Source: Phoronis australis
Lineage: Eukaryota; Animalia; Phoronida
Assembly (NCBI GenBank): GCA_002633005.1
Contig: NMRA01000595.1
Coordinates: 34,423-98,422 of the forward strand
Direction: 5' to 3'
DNA length: 64,000 nt
Numbering within the stretch: the first letter of the stretch is position 1; every line of letters starts with the position of its first letter. Below the pieces are notes generated by a model. The model made no database searches and was not told the DNA's origin. It was given only the letters and a program-made list of their open reading frames with translations. Both the position numbers and the translations under genes were made by a program. This document shows, piece by piece, positions 1 to 13,400 of the stretch.

Positions 1-3000
1 TTAGTATAACTAAATATCCGCCTCCTGAAAGTCCGCAGCGCCCTCTCTGATTCTGCAGTGTTTACCCGCAATGCTGCACTTCACCAGGGCACTCCTGTTA
101 CAAGTGCTGTATGCTAATCATTTTTATCTCAAAAGTGGTTCGCCATTTGTCATTCTGACGCAGATGGAGTTTTCATTGAGTTGCAGTGAAAAACCTATGG
201 GGTTCCTTAAATAAAGTTCTTCACTTGTTCTAGTCTGCTGAGAAGTCCATTATGGACCCAACCTTTTGGAAATGTAGGTCAATGATGGAACGTATTTATC
301 TAAGTGTATGTTATGTCTGACCAATAATAACCAAATTTGTAAGGTTAGCTATGAGAATTTGATATCTTCAATATTGTGTCCTTGAAAGTAGATAAAAAGT
401 TCTGCCAGTCTCCTGCTGTTATGATGCAAACCTACTGAGCGTGAACAGTTTGTAGTAAATGCAAACTGTGTACTCAAGACTCAATCACTGCTGAATTAGT
501 TCCATTATGATCTTTGATGTACCGGAGATTACTTTGTGTCAGAATAGATGATTTTGCATTATGTGCCTTGTTGAAGACAGATATATCAGTCCATCATGGG
601 CTTGGTTGTTGGCTAACAGCACCTGAATAATTACCTAATCAATAGCGACCAACTACTGATTACCTGAACGACTGGCATGTGCTGTAGCAAGCCCTCCACT
701 AAGAGTTTTAGTCAGTGAGTTATCGATTTAATGAAAATTATCTTAGTAGTACATTAGCCGTAAAAAGTACAAAGGAAGTTGGACATGGAGTAAATTGAGG
801 GATTATGTGGAGTTGTGTCATCATGCAATTAATGGATATTTGGTGGCATTAAGGTGTTGGATGTATTCAGTTATTCTCCATTTATCGCGAAGCAATATAA
901 TTGCCAAAATTGTCCTTTTTCTATTTTTTAATGTTTGACTACTTTGCTACAGATTATGGGGACTTGTCTAATGTTTTATGACATGCATACAGTACAAACC
1001 AGAACTGTAATAGACTGAAATTTTCTTATTTTTTGTTTCTGTTAAAAAATTTACGGAATAATGTGTGCTAAGAACGTAAAGAATTAGCGCATGGAAAAAG
1101 GTACACAACACGTCAGAAGTCCTGTTCAGACAAATTGACCCCACCATGGATCCTGGCAAGAAGCCAAATTCATTGCTATAGTACTTCCCTCACGACTGAG
1201 AATGATGGAGAATTTACCTGAAACTTTGACTAAGGGTGGCTGTACCTTTCTGAAAAAATTGCCGCCATTATACCTCCTACCAGTCATTTCTGCTTTTAAC
1301 AGAATCATCAGTGTGAAACATTTGTTTTGTCTGATTAGTTTTCTCTTGTACTGTACCATTTTAATGTCAACGTCACTTGTCCCCACTGTAACATGTGATT
1401 TCCGGACCTTTAGTGACAAGTTGTCCACAAGGAAATGATATAACAGTAGGCCTTTTGACTATGACGAATTTACAAAGCCCACAAGCTGTTCATTTTCAAA
1501 AAACTACCGTCAAGAAAACATCTATATTATAGGGTTTGTGATTATAAAATTGTTTTTGTCAAGATGAAATGTTTTGGATCATAAATTTATCCTTAGGATC
1601 ACTGTTTGTGAAACTGAATCCCATGCTTGAGGTTATCCAGTTTCAGCAATTCTTTCTGGTCTCCACAATTGTTATTCAAAATTTTGTGTGATTGAGTTGA
1701 ATGGCTGACAAAAGACAATCTCAATGATTGTTTGGACACATTCTAAATATATATTGACAAGCTGCTTTCAGTGTGCTTAATCTATTGAGCACTCAGTGAA
1801 GCAGTGTGTACTTGGGTCACAGATGTTTAGTTATGCAGTCCCTGCTATTGATGTGTTTAGTGAATGTTTTGATGTCTAATAGACCACAGTTTGGTTATAT
1901 TGGTGATGTTTGATATGAAATGAACTCTCACAGTAAATCTGTAATCTACTTAGTTGTTGGTTGTGAGAAAGCCATATGGTGTATTCTTATGCATCATTTG
2001 GCTGAGACAATTTCTCATTAAAAGAGTGATCTTACCTTTGATTGTAAAAACAACTTATGATTTAGACCTCTTGTCGATCTGATTTTTGTTCAATTTTTTG
2101 AAGATGATTTTAGAGGCTTTGAAAGAGTTGGCAAGGTGTTACAAAGCAGTGTCTACAAGTTGGCTTGTCACCTTGTCATTTTAAGCTCAGACCACAACTT
2201 CTAACCATTTTTAATAACCTTGAAGGCCTTGGAGAGGCAGTGTTGTGTTTCTAATCTCCGAATTGTCAGGCAATCAGCTGCGAGTAAATATTAGAGTCAG
2301 TGTATCAAGAACCTGCCTGTGTAAACAGCCTGTATGGTGTGGGTCACAACTCATTTAATCTCTCAATAGTATGGTATATTATATTTTCAAGTTTTCAGTC
2401 TTCTGATGTATGGTAATGAGTGACTGTTCGAACTTAACATTTTCTTTTCTTGCAAAGACTGTTGATGAATTATGATTTTGTTCTGCTCAGTATTACAATA
2501 GTGACAGCATTAGAACTTTTTCCTGCTGAAGTGGTTAATGCCGGTACAATAATCAAATCATAAAAGTGTAACAAATTGGCTAATGTTCTTTTTATAAAAA
2601 ATCACTTAAATTACCAATTTGTTCAGTTTCCTACAGTTGTGCTCAGTGTCAGTTTTTCTTAGATTTATCACAGTTTTATGATAAAAGTTCTTCAGTTCGG
2701 GACACAATATGGCAGAGAGCTAAAATTTCATTTTGTCAAATTTCTCAACCAAAGTATTACTTTTCAAGAAATTTACTTAGCGTTTGGCATGGTTCACATG
2801 GCATAGCTATTAGCAAACAATTTTGAGGACTTGCAGCAATGTGGTTAGCCTCTGAAAATTAGAAATATTGTAATTTTAACTATTATTTTTGTCTCAAATT
2901 TATGAATTTTCCGGTAGTTTTTATCAAGAGTAAACACGCCTCATGACAATTAAACGGATACTAAACACTGTTTTGCAGGCCCTTTAACATATGTACCAAA

Positions 3001-6000
3001 ATGACATTCCCCTGCAGTTATCTGAAACAAAGTAATACTCTGTTACCGACGACAACCCTCAAAAGTTTGGAGGAAAATTTGGAAACTTCTTTTGAAGTCT
3101 GCTAAAAGGGCAAGCTTGACTTAAGCTTTTAATGAATTACACGGCAACTGTGAGAAAACATCACACAACAAGGACCATAATGTCCAATTTGTGACACAGG
3201 GAGTATGAGTTTTTAGTTGATTCCTACCTTTAACTTGGAAGATTGACACCAATGCAGGTGATAGAATGAGGATTGGTTGAAGTCATCGAAACAGGGTTTC
3301 AGTATCCTGTTAAAAATCTGCAAAAAATTAAATGTAATACTGGACTTACATTTCAATTGAGCGACATTACGTGCTCATCGCTGGGCCTTTCATTGGCAAC
3401 TGCCGTGTTCGGCTGATGACATAATCGGCGGAAATGAAACATAGTGAGCAATCCACATGTCCTGGAGAACTGGATTATTCATTAACAGACTTTCAAAAAG
3501 TGTTTCCATATTCATGTTCTCTATAGGTTTAGTGCGCATTGCCTTGGAGTGTTAATACTAACGTGTTGCTTTCACAAAAGATGGCGCTAGTTTAGTTACA
3601 TACCTCAAGAAGCAAAAGCAACGGATATTCTTAGATGTCTCCTGTGTGACCTCATAAATTTTTCACCGCTTTTCTCCTTTACCATGCAGGAGAGTGTATT
3701 GGTTTGTGTTAGCTCTGATGAAAAATTCACGACTCTTCAAGTTGTACGTTGTAGAATAACTGGTCCAGGAGTAGTCTATCAGGGTTCATCAGTCTGGGTT
3801 TTTGTAGTACAGTTTGGCTGTAGTCAATGGAGACATTGAAGATGTTTGTAGAGAAATTTTGGGGCAACGTCCACTTGCCCTGAACTGGATTGTGCGAATG
3901 TAAGGTGGGAAATCTAGAGAGGTTTCTGAGTTTCTGAGAATGGGATATACTAGCTCTGTGCTAATACGACGGACATGTACTCTCTACAAGTGAAAGACAA
4001 GCGAAACAAGAAATCCTGGGTAAGGTTACGCCAACCTTTCAGCCTTTGAATACAACAAGAAGTTAATTTTTTTGTCCTGTCTGCTTTGTGTCCATGGCTT
4101 CTTCCGAGATCATTGTGGTGTGAACGTTATGTGGTCTAGGGGTCAAGAACTACGGTAATCTTTGTACTCGTTACACTTGGCATTTTCCAATTTTCTGTAC
4201 AACTTGAGGTTGATATTAGTTATTTTGTGTTCAAATACATAATGTTTTATGCAAATGAGTTAGTTGTAAAATTTCGCTATTGATGACCCCCTGGATTCGT
4301 GCTGCGAAGTCAAATAAAATCTCAACATTGAACTCAAACTGGAACTTGTTATTGTCTTAATGCTGTGTTCATGTGCTGTCTGGGATTGACAGTTAGGCAC
4401 TTGAACTCAGGGTAATAGACATTTATCACAAGTTTGTGAGTTCAAACAAACCCAGAGTAGGGAATGGCAAAACTAATTTCATGTTCAATTTCCAATCAAA
4501 GGATTAGACCACCGGCCAGAACTCCATTCAGGGTTGTCCAGGCGTGTATATGTGATCTTGTTTGCATGGAAAAAAATTAAATCATATCGAGTGATCTTTT
4601 GTTGAAATGTTGAAGACAGTTACTCTTCTTATGCGATTTAGTTGACTTTTATGCTTTTTGTATTCACCGTTTAAGTCTTTGCAACAAAATTGTGGGTGGA
4701 CTGGTGGAGGCCTTCCCCTCCCCTCCTGTTGCCAACTTGAGGATTTTAGGAGTGATGCGAATATTTTGTGTGTTTACCTCTTCCCCTTGCAAAGTCCTTG
4801 ATTCGCCAGCGAAAGTATACCTGTCTTCTTTTCATAAGTTGCAAAATAGTTCTGTACATATTTTGTGGTGTTTGCCTTTTCTCTGGTTTCGAAAGGTGTC
4901 ATTTTGTGGATACATGATTATGCCCTGAGGCCTGCTGTTTGGAGGAGTTCCTTAAAGTAGACACCAGATGTCATATTGTACCAACCAATCTACTGTAATT
5001 CTCCACTTTTTATACAGCAATAGTTACTTTCAAATTTGTTGTAAATAATGGAAACTAGTGATTATTGTGTTATGATAGCTGGACAATACAAAGCAAGTCA
5101 TTGAGGGATTAAAATTTTCTTCGGTAATCTCTGCTTTTGTAAAGAAATTCGATAAAATAAACTTCACATGTCTACCGGCCCATGATTGAATGTTGTGTGT
5201 GTTTAAGAGATGGTGACAGAGCAAGATATTGGTAGTTTACCAACACAGTATTTCAAAACTGGTATTGTAAATATTGAGAAAACAATACATTACATGTATG
5301 CATTAAATACAGTGAAATATCACCTATTTAGGACACAAAGTGACCGTGGAAAATATCTAGAACCAAAATTACGCTTTTCCATTCTCAAGTTCTGTGACTT
5401 TGAAAGATATCTGGCTCTAAAATGATGCATTGTCCGAAATTGATGTTTTTTATAATTGAGCCTTCTCATAAGTAGGCTTAGCGCATGAATTTCTTCCTTT
5501 GCTCATCATGTTAGTGCCGGGTAATCCCCACGGTGATAAATTCGAAGAACTCAACTATCAGGGGTGGGCGTTCTGACGATCGGTGTTTAAAATTTATGAA
5601 GTCCTGTTGGGCGTTAACCTCAACTCCCAATGCATTTGAAGTTATACACCTGAGGTGTATTGTGGGTAACCCACGTTACACGCTATCTTCAATTAGATGC
5701 AGCGCCACCTACATCAATCCAACGTCCAAACTCCTTAGCAGTGGTGAACATAAAAGACTCCATTCATGATTATGTCACTTTTAAGTTGAAGGTAAATTTT
5801 ACACTAAAATTCCGGATTTCCGTGGTAATATGTAGAACATAGCTGTTAACATAATGAGAATTCATGTGACACTTAACTGTGTTAGCTATGTGTCATGTCA
5901 TCCCATCATTACTATTGTATGGTGTGGTGTACAAATATTAAGTGTCAGATCAAATATCAGGAGTGGGAAACAATGGTGATGTCATAAAGTATGCATAAAC

Positions 6001-6516
6001 ATTTAATGATCTCGTTAAATACGTGTTCAAGTTAGGACAGAGCTTTTCGTATCTTAGAAGTGGCTGATCAAATTGGTATGTAATTTTCAAATAGTGTGCT
6101 TTACGCCATTAGGAATTGTTTTTAAAAGGTTCTACTTTTGCACGAGGGACTATAAAAATAGGACTTTTATGAAAAAATAAAAAATGCCTAAAATGAAAAC
6201 AATGATGATTTAGAAAACCGTAACTGTGTTTTTTAGATTTTATCTTCAGCATTTGAATCAACTGAAAATAAGTTTTTGATACTAATGTACCTTTCTTTTT
6301 AACTTAAATATTAATTAAAAAGACCTGTTCATGTGACCCAGCTGATGGCATTTTTCAAGTAAACAGTAAAAAGTATAATTACACAGTTTTTCTACTTTCA
6401 GAAAACGTACTATTACTGAAATAAGTTATGCTATACACAGACTTGTGGTACTTGACGACATAACTTTTAGCTATTAATTACTAGTATTAATCATAGGGTT
6501 CCGGTAAGATATAAAG

Positions 6517-6590
6517 TGCTTGCATTTTGAAAACCAGTTTTGTCCACTGAATAACATGCTTCAAACTGGTTCTCAAAATGAGGGCACGCC
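6517..6590. repeat. Short palindromic dispersed repeat (hairpin MITE-like); other copies near 8458-8530, 50810-50875, 52288-52345, 57343-57410, partial at 55636-55660
   Basis: Inverted arms attttga(g/a)aaccagttt ... aaactggttctcaaaat around a ~25-bp spacer; copies occur in both orientations. Confidence 0.7.
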
Positions 6591-7264
6591 ACTCATTGTA
6601 CACCTTGATGGTCCTTAGTGACGGAATTAAATATAAGACCATGTTCAATTATCTTTAGTTTTAGATTGTTTTCTTTCTCCAAAATTTGGACTCCTGTTCA
6701 TTTGGGAACAAATAATGTTTGGTTATTATGCTAAAGTTTCACCAATTTAAGACAGTCATTTTGTTGCGAACAAGTGATTTTTTACATTTTTTTTCAAAAA
6801 GATTTGTTTAGTGGCACCAAATAAGTGCTTTACTGTTTTTTAGTTCTACACCTTAGCTACTGTACTATCAGACAGTTCTTTGAGAAGCTGTGGGCTTTTA
6901 CTAAAATGTTAAAAAGTCCTTTAAAAATAAAAAATATCAATTTTAGCAATTGTTTTGTTGGTGTATAAACTGATAGGCTCTTGTCGCAAAATAAAACCGA
7001 AAGAGCATTTTGTGTCCATGGTAACAGTTGATTGATTTCGCACATTGAATGATTTATTACTATTCAATTATTCCAGAGAGCAGTAATTAAGTAAGCTGTC
7101 ATTAATATAAGTTACGTAATGATGAAGTAATACCCAAGTCCTTAATAAAATGTCACATTTTTGTGACAAAATTTTGCAGAAATCTCATTCATTGTATTCA
7201 TTGAAACCAATGTTCTTAAACACAAGTTCCGTTTTGGAGAAGTAAATTTTTTTTCGTTCTGTAG

Positions 7265-7474
7265 GTGATCAAGTCAGCACGGAAACTTGAACTTGTGGTC
7301 CGCCATGTTGGCCGGGTGCCTGGATCCTCATTCGCTCACCAGACGTACTCATGGGTGGATCCTGAGGGCCGGTCTGTGTCTCCTCCCCCAGAGGTGGATT
7401 CTACGGGGCGGTATGAGCTGCATGGGCGGAGTAAGAGTGGATTGATGCTGCTGAAGGACAGTGACGAGCGCAAG
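7265..7474 (+). CDS. WHRN: Whirlin exon (end of PDZ1 + linker), copy 1
   Basis: ctgtag|GTG...AAG|gtgagt, 210 nt, phase 0-0, VIKSARKLELVVRHVGRVPG...DSDERK. Confidence 0.88.
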
Positions 7475-10400
7475 GTGAGTGGAGGGGCGGAGCTTCTTGC
7501 CTTATAAGTGGATGTAAACCTGCCTTCCATTATATGTTGATCTAGACCAATTACTGTTTTGAAATTAGTTTCAAATTGTTCTTTAGAAAATTTAAATTAG
7601 ACGTGATGCGAAAGCTTTGAAAGAAATTGCAGCTCGTTATAGCACCATGCTCTACAAGTTGGCTGGTCGTCGTGTGTCATTTTATCTACTGAGCTGTCTG
7701 TTCTTCGCGAGCCCACAAATCATCTGAATAAGGAACAAGTTGAAACCATTCTNAGGTCGCATTTTGCGACTTTATACGAGCTGACAAAAATCTCAGCTCG
7801 CATTTTCAAATTTCAGGTCGCAAATGCGACCTGCAGCTCGTTATGTCGAGCCCTGCTATTGTATGGTGTCGTGTACAAATATTAAGTGTCAGATCAAATA
7901 TCAGGAGTGGGAAACAATGGTGATGTCATAAAGTATGCATAAACATTTAATGATCTCGGTAAATACGTGTTCAAGTTAGGACAGAGCTTTTCGCATCTTA
8001 GAAGTGGCTGATCAAATTCGTATGTAATTTTCAAATAGTGTGCTTTACGCCATTAGGAATTTTTAAAAGGTTCCACTTTTGCACGAGGGACTATAAAAGT
8101 AGGACTTAAATGAAAAAATAAAAAATGCCTAAAACGAAAACAATGATAATTTAGAAAACCGTAACTGTGTTTTTTAGATTTTATCTTCAGCATTTGAATC
8201 AACTGAAAATAAGTTTTTCATACTAATGTACCTTTCTTTTTAACTTAAATATTAACTAAAAAGACCTGTTCATGTGACCCAGCTGATGGCATTTTTCAAG
8301 TAAACAGTAAAAAGTATAATTACACAGGTTTTCTACTTTCAGAAAACGTACTATTACTGAATTAAATTATGCTAACACACGGACTTGTGGTACTTGACGA
8401 CGTAACTTTTAGCTATTAATTACTAGTACTAATCATAGGGTACTGGTCAGATATAACGTGCTTGCATTTTGAAACCAGGTTTGTCCACTGAATAACATGC
8501 TTCAAACTGGTTCTCAAAATGAGGGCACGCCACTCATTGTACACCTTGGTGGTCCTTAGTGAAGGAATTAAATTCAAGACCATGCTCAATTATCTTTAAT
8601 TTTAGATTGTTCTCTTTCTCCACAATTTGGACTCCTGTTCATTTGGGAACAAATAATGTTTGGTTGTTATGCTAAAGTCTCACCAATTTAAGACAAGTCA
8701 TTTTGTTGCGAAGAAGTGATTTTTTACATTTTTTTTTTCAAAAATATTTGTTTAGTGGCACCAAATAATTGCTTTGTTTTTTAGTTCTACACCTTAGCTA
8801 CTGTACTATCAGACATTTCTTTGATAAGCTGTGGGCTTTTACTAAAATGTTAAAAAGTCCTTGAAAAATAAAAAATATCAATTTTAGCAATTGTTTTGTT
8901 GGTGTATAAACTGATAGGCTCTTGTTGCAAAATAAAACCGAAAGAGCATTTTGTGTCTATGGTAACAGTTGATTGATTTCGCACATTGAATGATTTATTA
9001 CTATTCAATTATTCCAGAGAGCAATAATTAAGTAAGCTGTCATTAATATAAGTGATGTAATGATGAGGTAATACCCAAGTCCGTAATAAAAATGTGATGT
9101 CACATTTTTGTGACAAAATTTTGCAGAAATCTCATTCATTGTATTCATTGAAACCAATGTTCTTAAACACAAATTCCGTTAGGAGAAGTAAATTTTTTTT
9201 CGTTCTGTAGGTGATCAAGTCGGCGCGGAAACTTGAACTTGTGGTCCGCCATGTTGGCCGGGTGCCTGGATCCTCATTCGCTCACCAGACGTACTCATGG
9301 GTGGATCCTGAGGGCCGGTCTGTGTCTCCTCCTCCAGAGGTGGATTCTACTGGGCGGTATGAGCTGCATGGGCGGAGCAAGAGTGGATTGATGCTGCTGA
9401 AGGACAGTGACGAGCGCAAGGTGAGTGAAGGGGCGGAGCTTGCTGCCTTATAAGTGGGTGTTAACCCGCCTTCCATTATATGTTGATGTAGACCACTTAC
9501 CGTTTTGAAATTAGTTTCAAATTGTTCTTTAGAAAATTTAAATTAGACGTGATGCGAAAGCTTTGAAAGAAATTGCAGCTCGTTATAGCACCATGCTCTA
9601 CAAGTTGGCTGGTCGTCGTGTGTCATTTTATCTACTGAGCTGTCTGTTCTTCGCGAGCCCACAAATCATCTGAATAAGGAACAAGTTGAAACCATTCTCA
9701 GTCAAAAGTTCCGTTCTTGGACAGAATGCGTTGGTATAGCAATTAAAACAAATTTCAGTACTGCATCGGTGTGTTTCAAGATATTGAAATTTAAATTTGA
9801 GAATGCTTGCATTTGATTACAGAGTTTGGATGCTTTGGAGTTGCGTAACAGAATCTTTTTGTTGAATAATGTACCTGTGTTTTAGTCAATAGGTTTTGTC
9901 CAAGGCTGTAGCTTTGCATCACAGGACACAAAAAGGAACACTGAGGAATGAATGTCATCTGGAATGCACATTTGTAGTTGGTTGTAAGAAATGTATCTTT
10001 GAAATGAAACCAAGAGAATTCGTCTGCTCTTATTAAACTCAAAAGAGAGTGGAAAATAAAAAGTCCTTTGATTCGTTGAAAATAAAATTTTTTATCTACA
10101 ATATCTATTTTTAATTTTTTTTCGCGCAGTTTTATGGACTCGAAAGCATAAAAATTAACCTAAAATTTTGTGTGACAGTTCAATAGAACCTTTATCTTGT
10201 AATTATGTTGTGAACACTCAGTAATGTGGATGCCTTGCTGGAATATGGTTTAATGAATGCTACGACTTCTCAGGATAAATTGAGCTCTTTCTTGATTTTA
10301 GGTCAACTGTGTTGTTGATGAAGGTCGCAGCCTCGGTCTGATGATACGGGGTGGTACAGAGTTTGGTCTTGGTGTCTACATTACAGGAGTTGATGCCTAT

Positions 10401-13400
10401 TCTGTTGCAGAGAATGCTGGTTTGAAGGTACGTTCCTGAGGGTGTGAGATCAGTTGTATGAAGGTTTGTAACTTGGTCTGATATGTTGCAATACTGCTGA
10501 CTGGAAATTTGACACTGGACAAGTGTTTCTAATAAACCTCGCCTTACCTAAAACCACAGGCTGTGTTTGTGGTCCAGTCAAGTTACTGTTAATATCCTAT
10601 AATGTTCAGGGAATTTCTTCTTAGCGGCGCCCTGTAGTGGTCAGGCACAAATTTGTTTGTTGTCCACGCGTTTGATTGCTGACAACCAGCTAGTTTAGAC
10701 TTACTAAGTCTTCAGCAGCCAGTAACGATTTATTTGTTCCTCCTTGAAGTGTACAAATCCCTTCTAAAGGTTAACTGAGACCATTTTTACNNNNNNNNNN
10801 NNNNNNNNNNNNNNNNNNNNNNNNNNNNNNNNNNNNNNNNNNNNNNNNNNNNNNNNNNNNNNNNNNNNNNNNNNNNNNNNNNNNNNNNNNNNNNNNNNNN
10901 NNNNNNNNNNNNNNNNNNNNNNNNNNNNNNNNNNNNNNNNNNNNNNNNNNNNNNNNNNNNNNNNNNNNNNNNNNNNNNNNNNNNNNNNNNNNNNNNNNNN
11001 NNNNNNNNGGGTGCATTCACTTAAGGCAGTTCTTTGTGAATCTCGCAAAATCACGTTAGTCTAAGACGATCTTTGCATTGGCTAAGAACACAACAACCAA
11101 TCAAACTCTTTGCTTTGTGGAAATAAACGTTACAGGCACCTCTTTGCAAGTCAAATTTTCTCGTTGCCAGTTACTTGCGTATGGCTTGTGGAACTCAGTG
11201 CATCGTTGTGTTTAGGTGTTACAGGGATATTCCTGACCAGGTTTGAACGTGTGCTCTTAGGGCGCACCTGGTGATAAAAAGTGTGCCCAGCAGACTTAGT
11301 GTAATTAAAGTGGTAACATATGAAACAGAAATCCCAAGGGCAATCGAAATAAGTCGTGTTTTACCCAACTGTCTTCACTAGGTTGACTAGAATCTTGCAT
11401 TTTTTGAAGAGAGTTGCGTTTTTAAAAGATATGCCGAGGGGCACACTTCTGCCACGTACTTGCGCCTTTTTTTTATTTTTTTACGCCCTTGTAGTGCAAA
11501 GGCGCAGTCCAGGAATATCCCTGGTGTCAAAAGATTTGTGTGGTATTGGTTTTTGATGCGGCTGTTGTTTTCATGCTTATTGGCACTGCCTTCTCTCTCT
11601 CTCTTTGTGTTTGAAGTGGGTACAGCTTGAGTGGAAGAAAGAAGAGGTTTGTGTTGCAGATATGATGCTTTACGAATCACTAACTTCCATTTATTAGTTG
11701 TCACGCACAGTTGTGGTTTTAGCACTAACGTATTATTTTTTGAATCATGCTTTGTTTACGTTACGGATTATAATTTTAATGCTTAAGGTTGTTAGGATCC
11801 CAGAAAAAAATCTAAATTTGGTTATTTTTTTAACGTCAGGTCACAAAAATGACGGATCAGATTCATGTGAAACTTTTAGATGGTATGCTGTATAAGCTGG
11901 TCGGGACTGTTTTTAAAATGTTTCACTTTTACTAAAGGGGCTATCTAAACATAGGAAAACTCCAAAGTTGAATAAAATGAAAAGAAACGATCATTTTAAA
12001 ACTTAGCATTTTTTTGAAATATCATTTTAAACATGTTTTATTTATGGAATTTGGTAAGTGTTGTTGATACCATTTTTGCTATGAATGTGCCTTTATTTTT
12101 GACTTGGTTTCATGGAAAAGACATTGCACATGACCTAGTTAAGAGGAAATTGAATTAAATTTGCAAACTTTTTACTTTCAGAATGCTCTCACCAAGTTAA
12201 GATTGTGTAGTTTTGTGTAGATCTAGCTGACTACACATAGTAGTCCATAAGGTCCTGTTTAACCTAAGTGCATGCATAGTACATTGATCAGACAAATTCA
12301 TTTCCTCATCCTGACCCATCACAACCCAGCGTTATAGCTACGCTGATGGTGAATTCCGCCTGTATTGAACCATTGATGGGAAATTCCGAGGGCACTTTGC
12401 GCGATTGTTTTTGGGATGTATAGTACTTTCAGAAAGATTGTCAAGAATTACTGCTACACGATAAGTAAATGTTGTTTTCAAGTGCTCATTGAGTCAGCTT
12501 TTGTGATGTTTAATGTGCTGAGACAAAGAATACATAATATCACATAAGCTGACTAAAACAGCACACGAAACACTCTTTCTTAATTAATGTTTGCGACGAA
12601 AGTTAATGCAAGTATAAATTATTTGTGGTAGTTGAATTAGAGGGATATGGGTTGGCTGGGGACATGGAGTGAGAAGGTGATAAGGGAATTGAATAATTTA
12701 CTGCTGCTGACAAGCTGATTATTTGATAAAGTTCCATGGTGGAGTGTAATGAAAGTTGATACGTGATAATATCGTTATCATCATGCCATTATACATTGTA
12801 TTGCAACTGAACAAAGCTTTTGCTATGTCAGTAATCGTATTAAGTAGCAGTTTCTGAAAGCACCTGCAGGTGGTTCTACGTCAACCATCACAGATTTTTC
12901 TGACACTTTATGAGGGCTTGGGCTACCCATTACTGTGTACTAAGTCACCTATGATTTTTCTGACAAGCCTCGTTTTCATGCTTATATTGCAAAAAAGTCA
13001 TTTTCGACACTTATTTCAGTAAAACTGTCAACTTTCCAAGACTATTAAGACATCTTAAACGTTAGGAATAACTATAACTTTTTCTATGAATGCTTCTAAA
13101 CTTAAGGTCCAGAAACACATTTTATGTTTAAGATAGAGATTTTAGTAGTTAAGTACTGGCATTTCAAAAATTAAGAATCTTTGTAAATTTTCAACAAATG
13201 GGCTGATTTTGGCCATTTTTAATCAGACAGTGAGCAAAGGATATAGCATTGTGTAAATATGAAACCACTGTGATTTGATAGCATTGGGCTAGTTTAGTAC
13301 ATGAAGTCAAAAGTTTGGTCTTTTGTCCTCTTAGCAGTTAGCATGTAATTTTATTGTCACTGAGTATACCTTGCACTATTTGGGTACTCAGATACACTGA

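Larger units (their letters stand above)
5912..9698. repeat. Apparent tandem duplication of about 1.84 kb (5912-7752 vs 7856-9698) joined by a single N; probable uncollapsed haplotypes
   Basis: Near-identical blocks with scattered SNPs and indels; N at 7753. Confidence 0.9.

Noticed and set aside
968-5842. Short 60-100 aa ORFs in the first 6 kb (and similar ones in other introns)
   Set aside because: No recognisable domains or consistent splice structure; expected by chance
10764-11054. ORFs spanning the N run
   Set aside because: Artefacts of the gap
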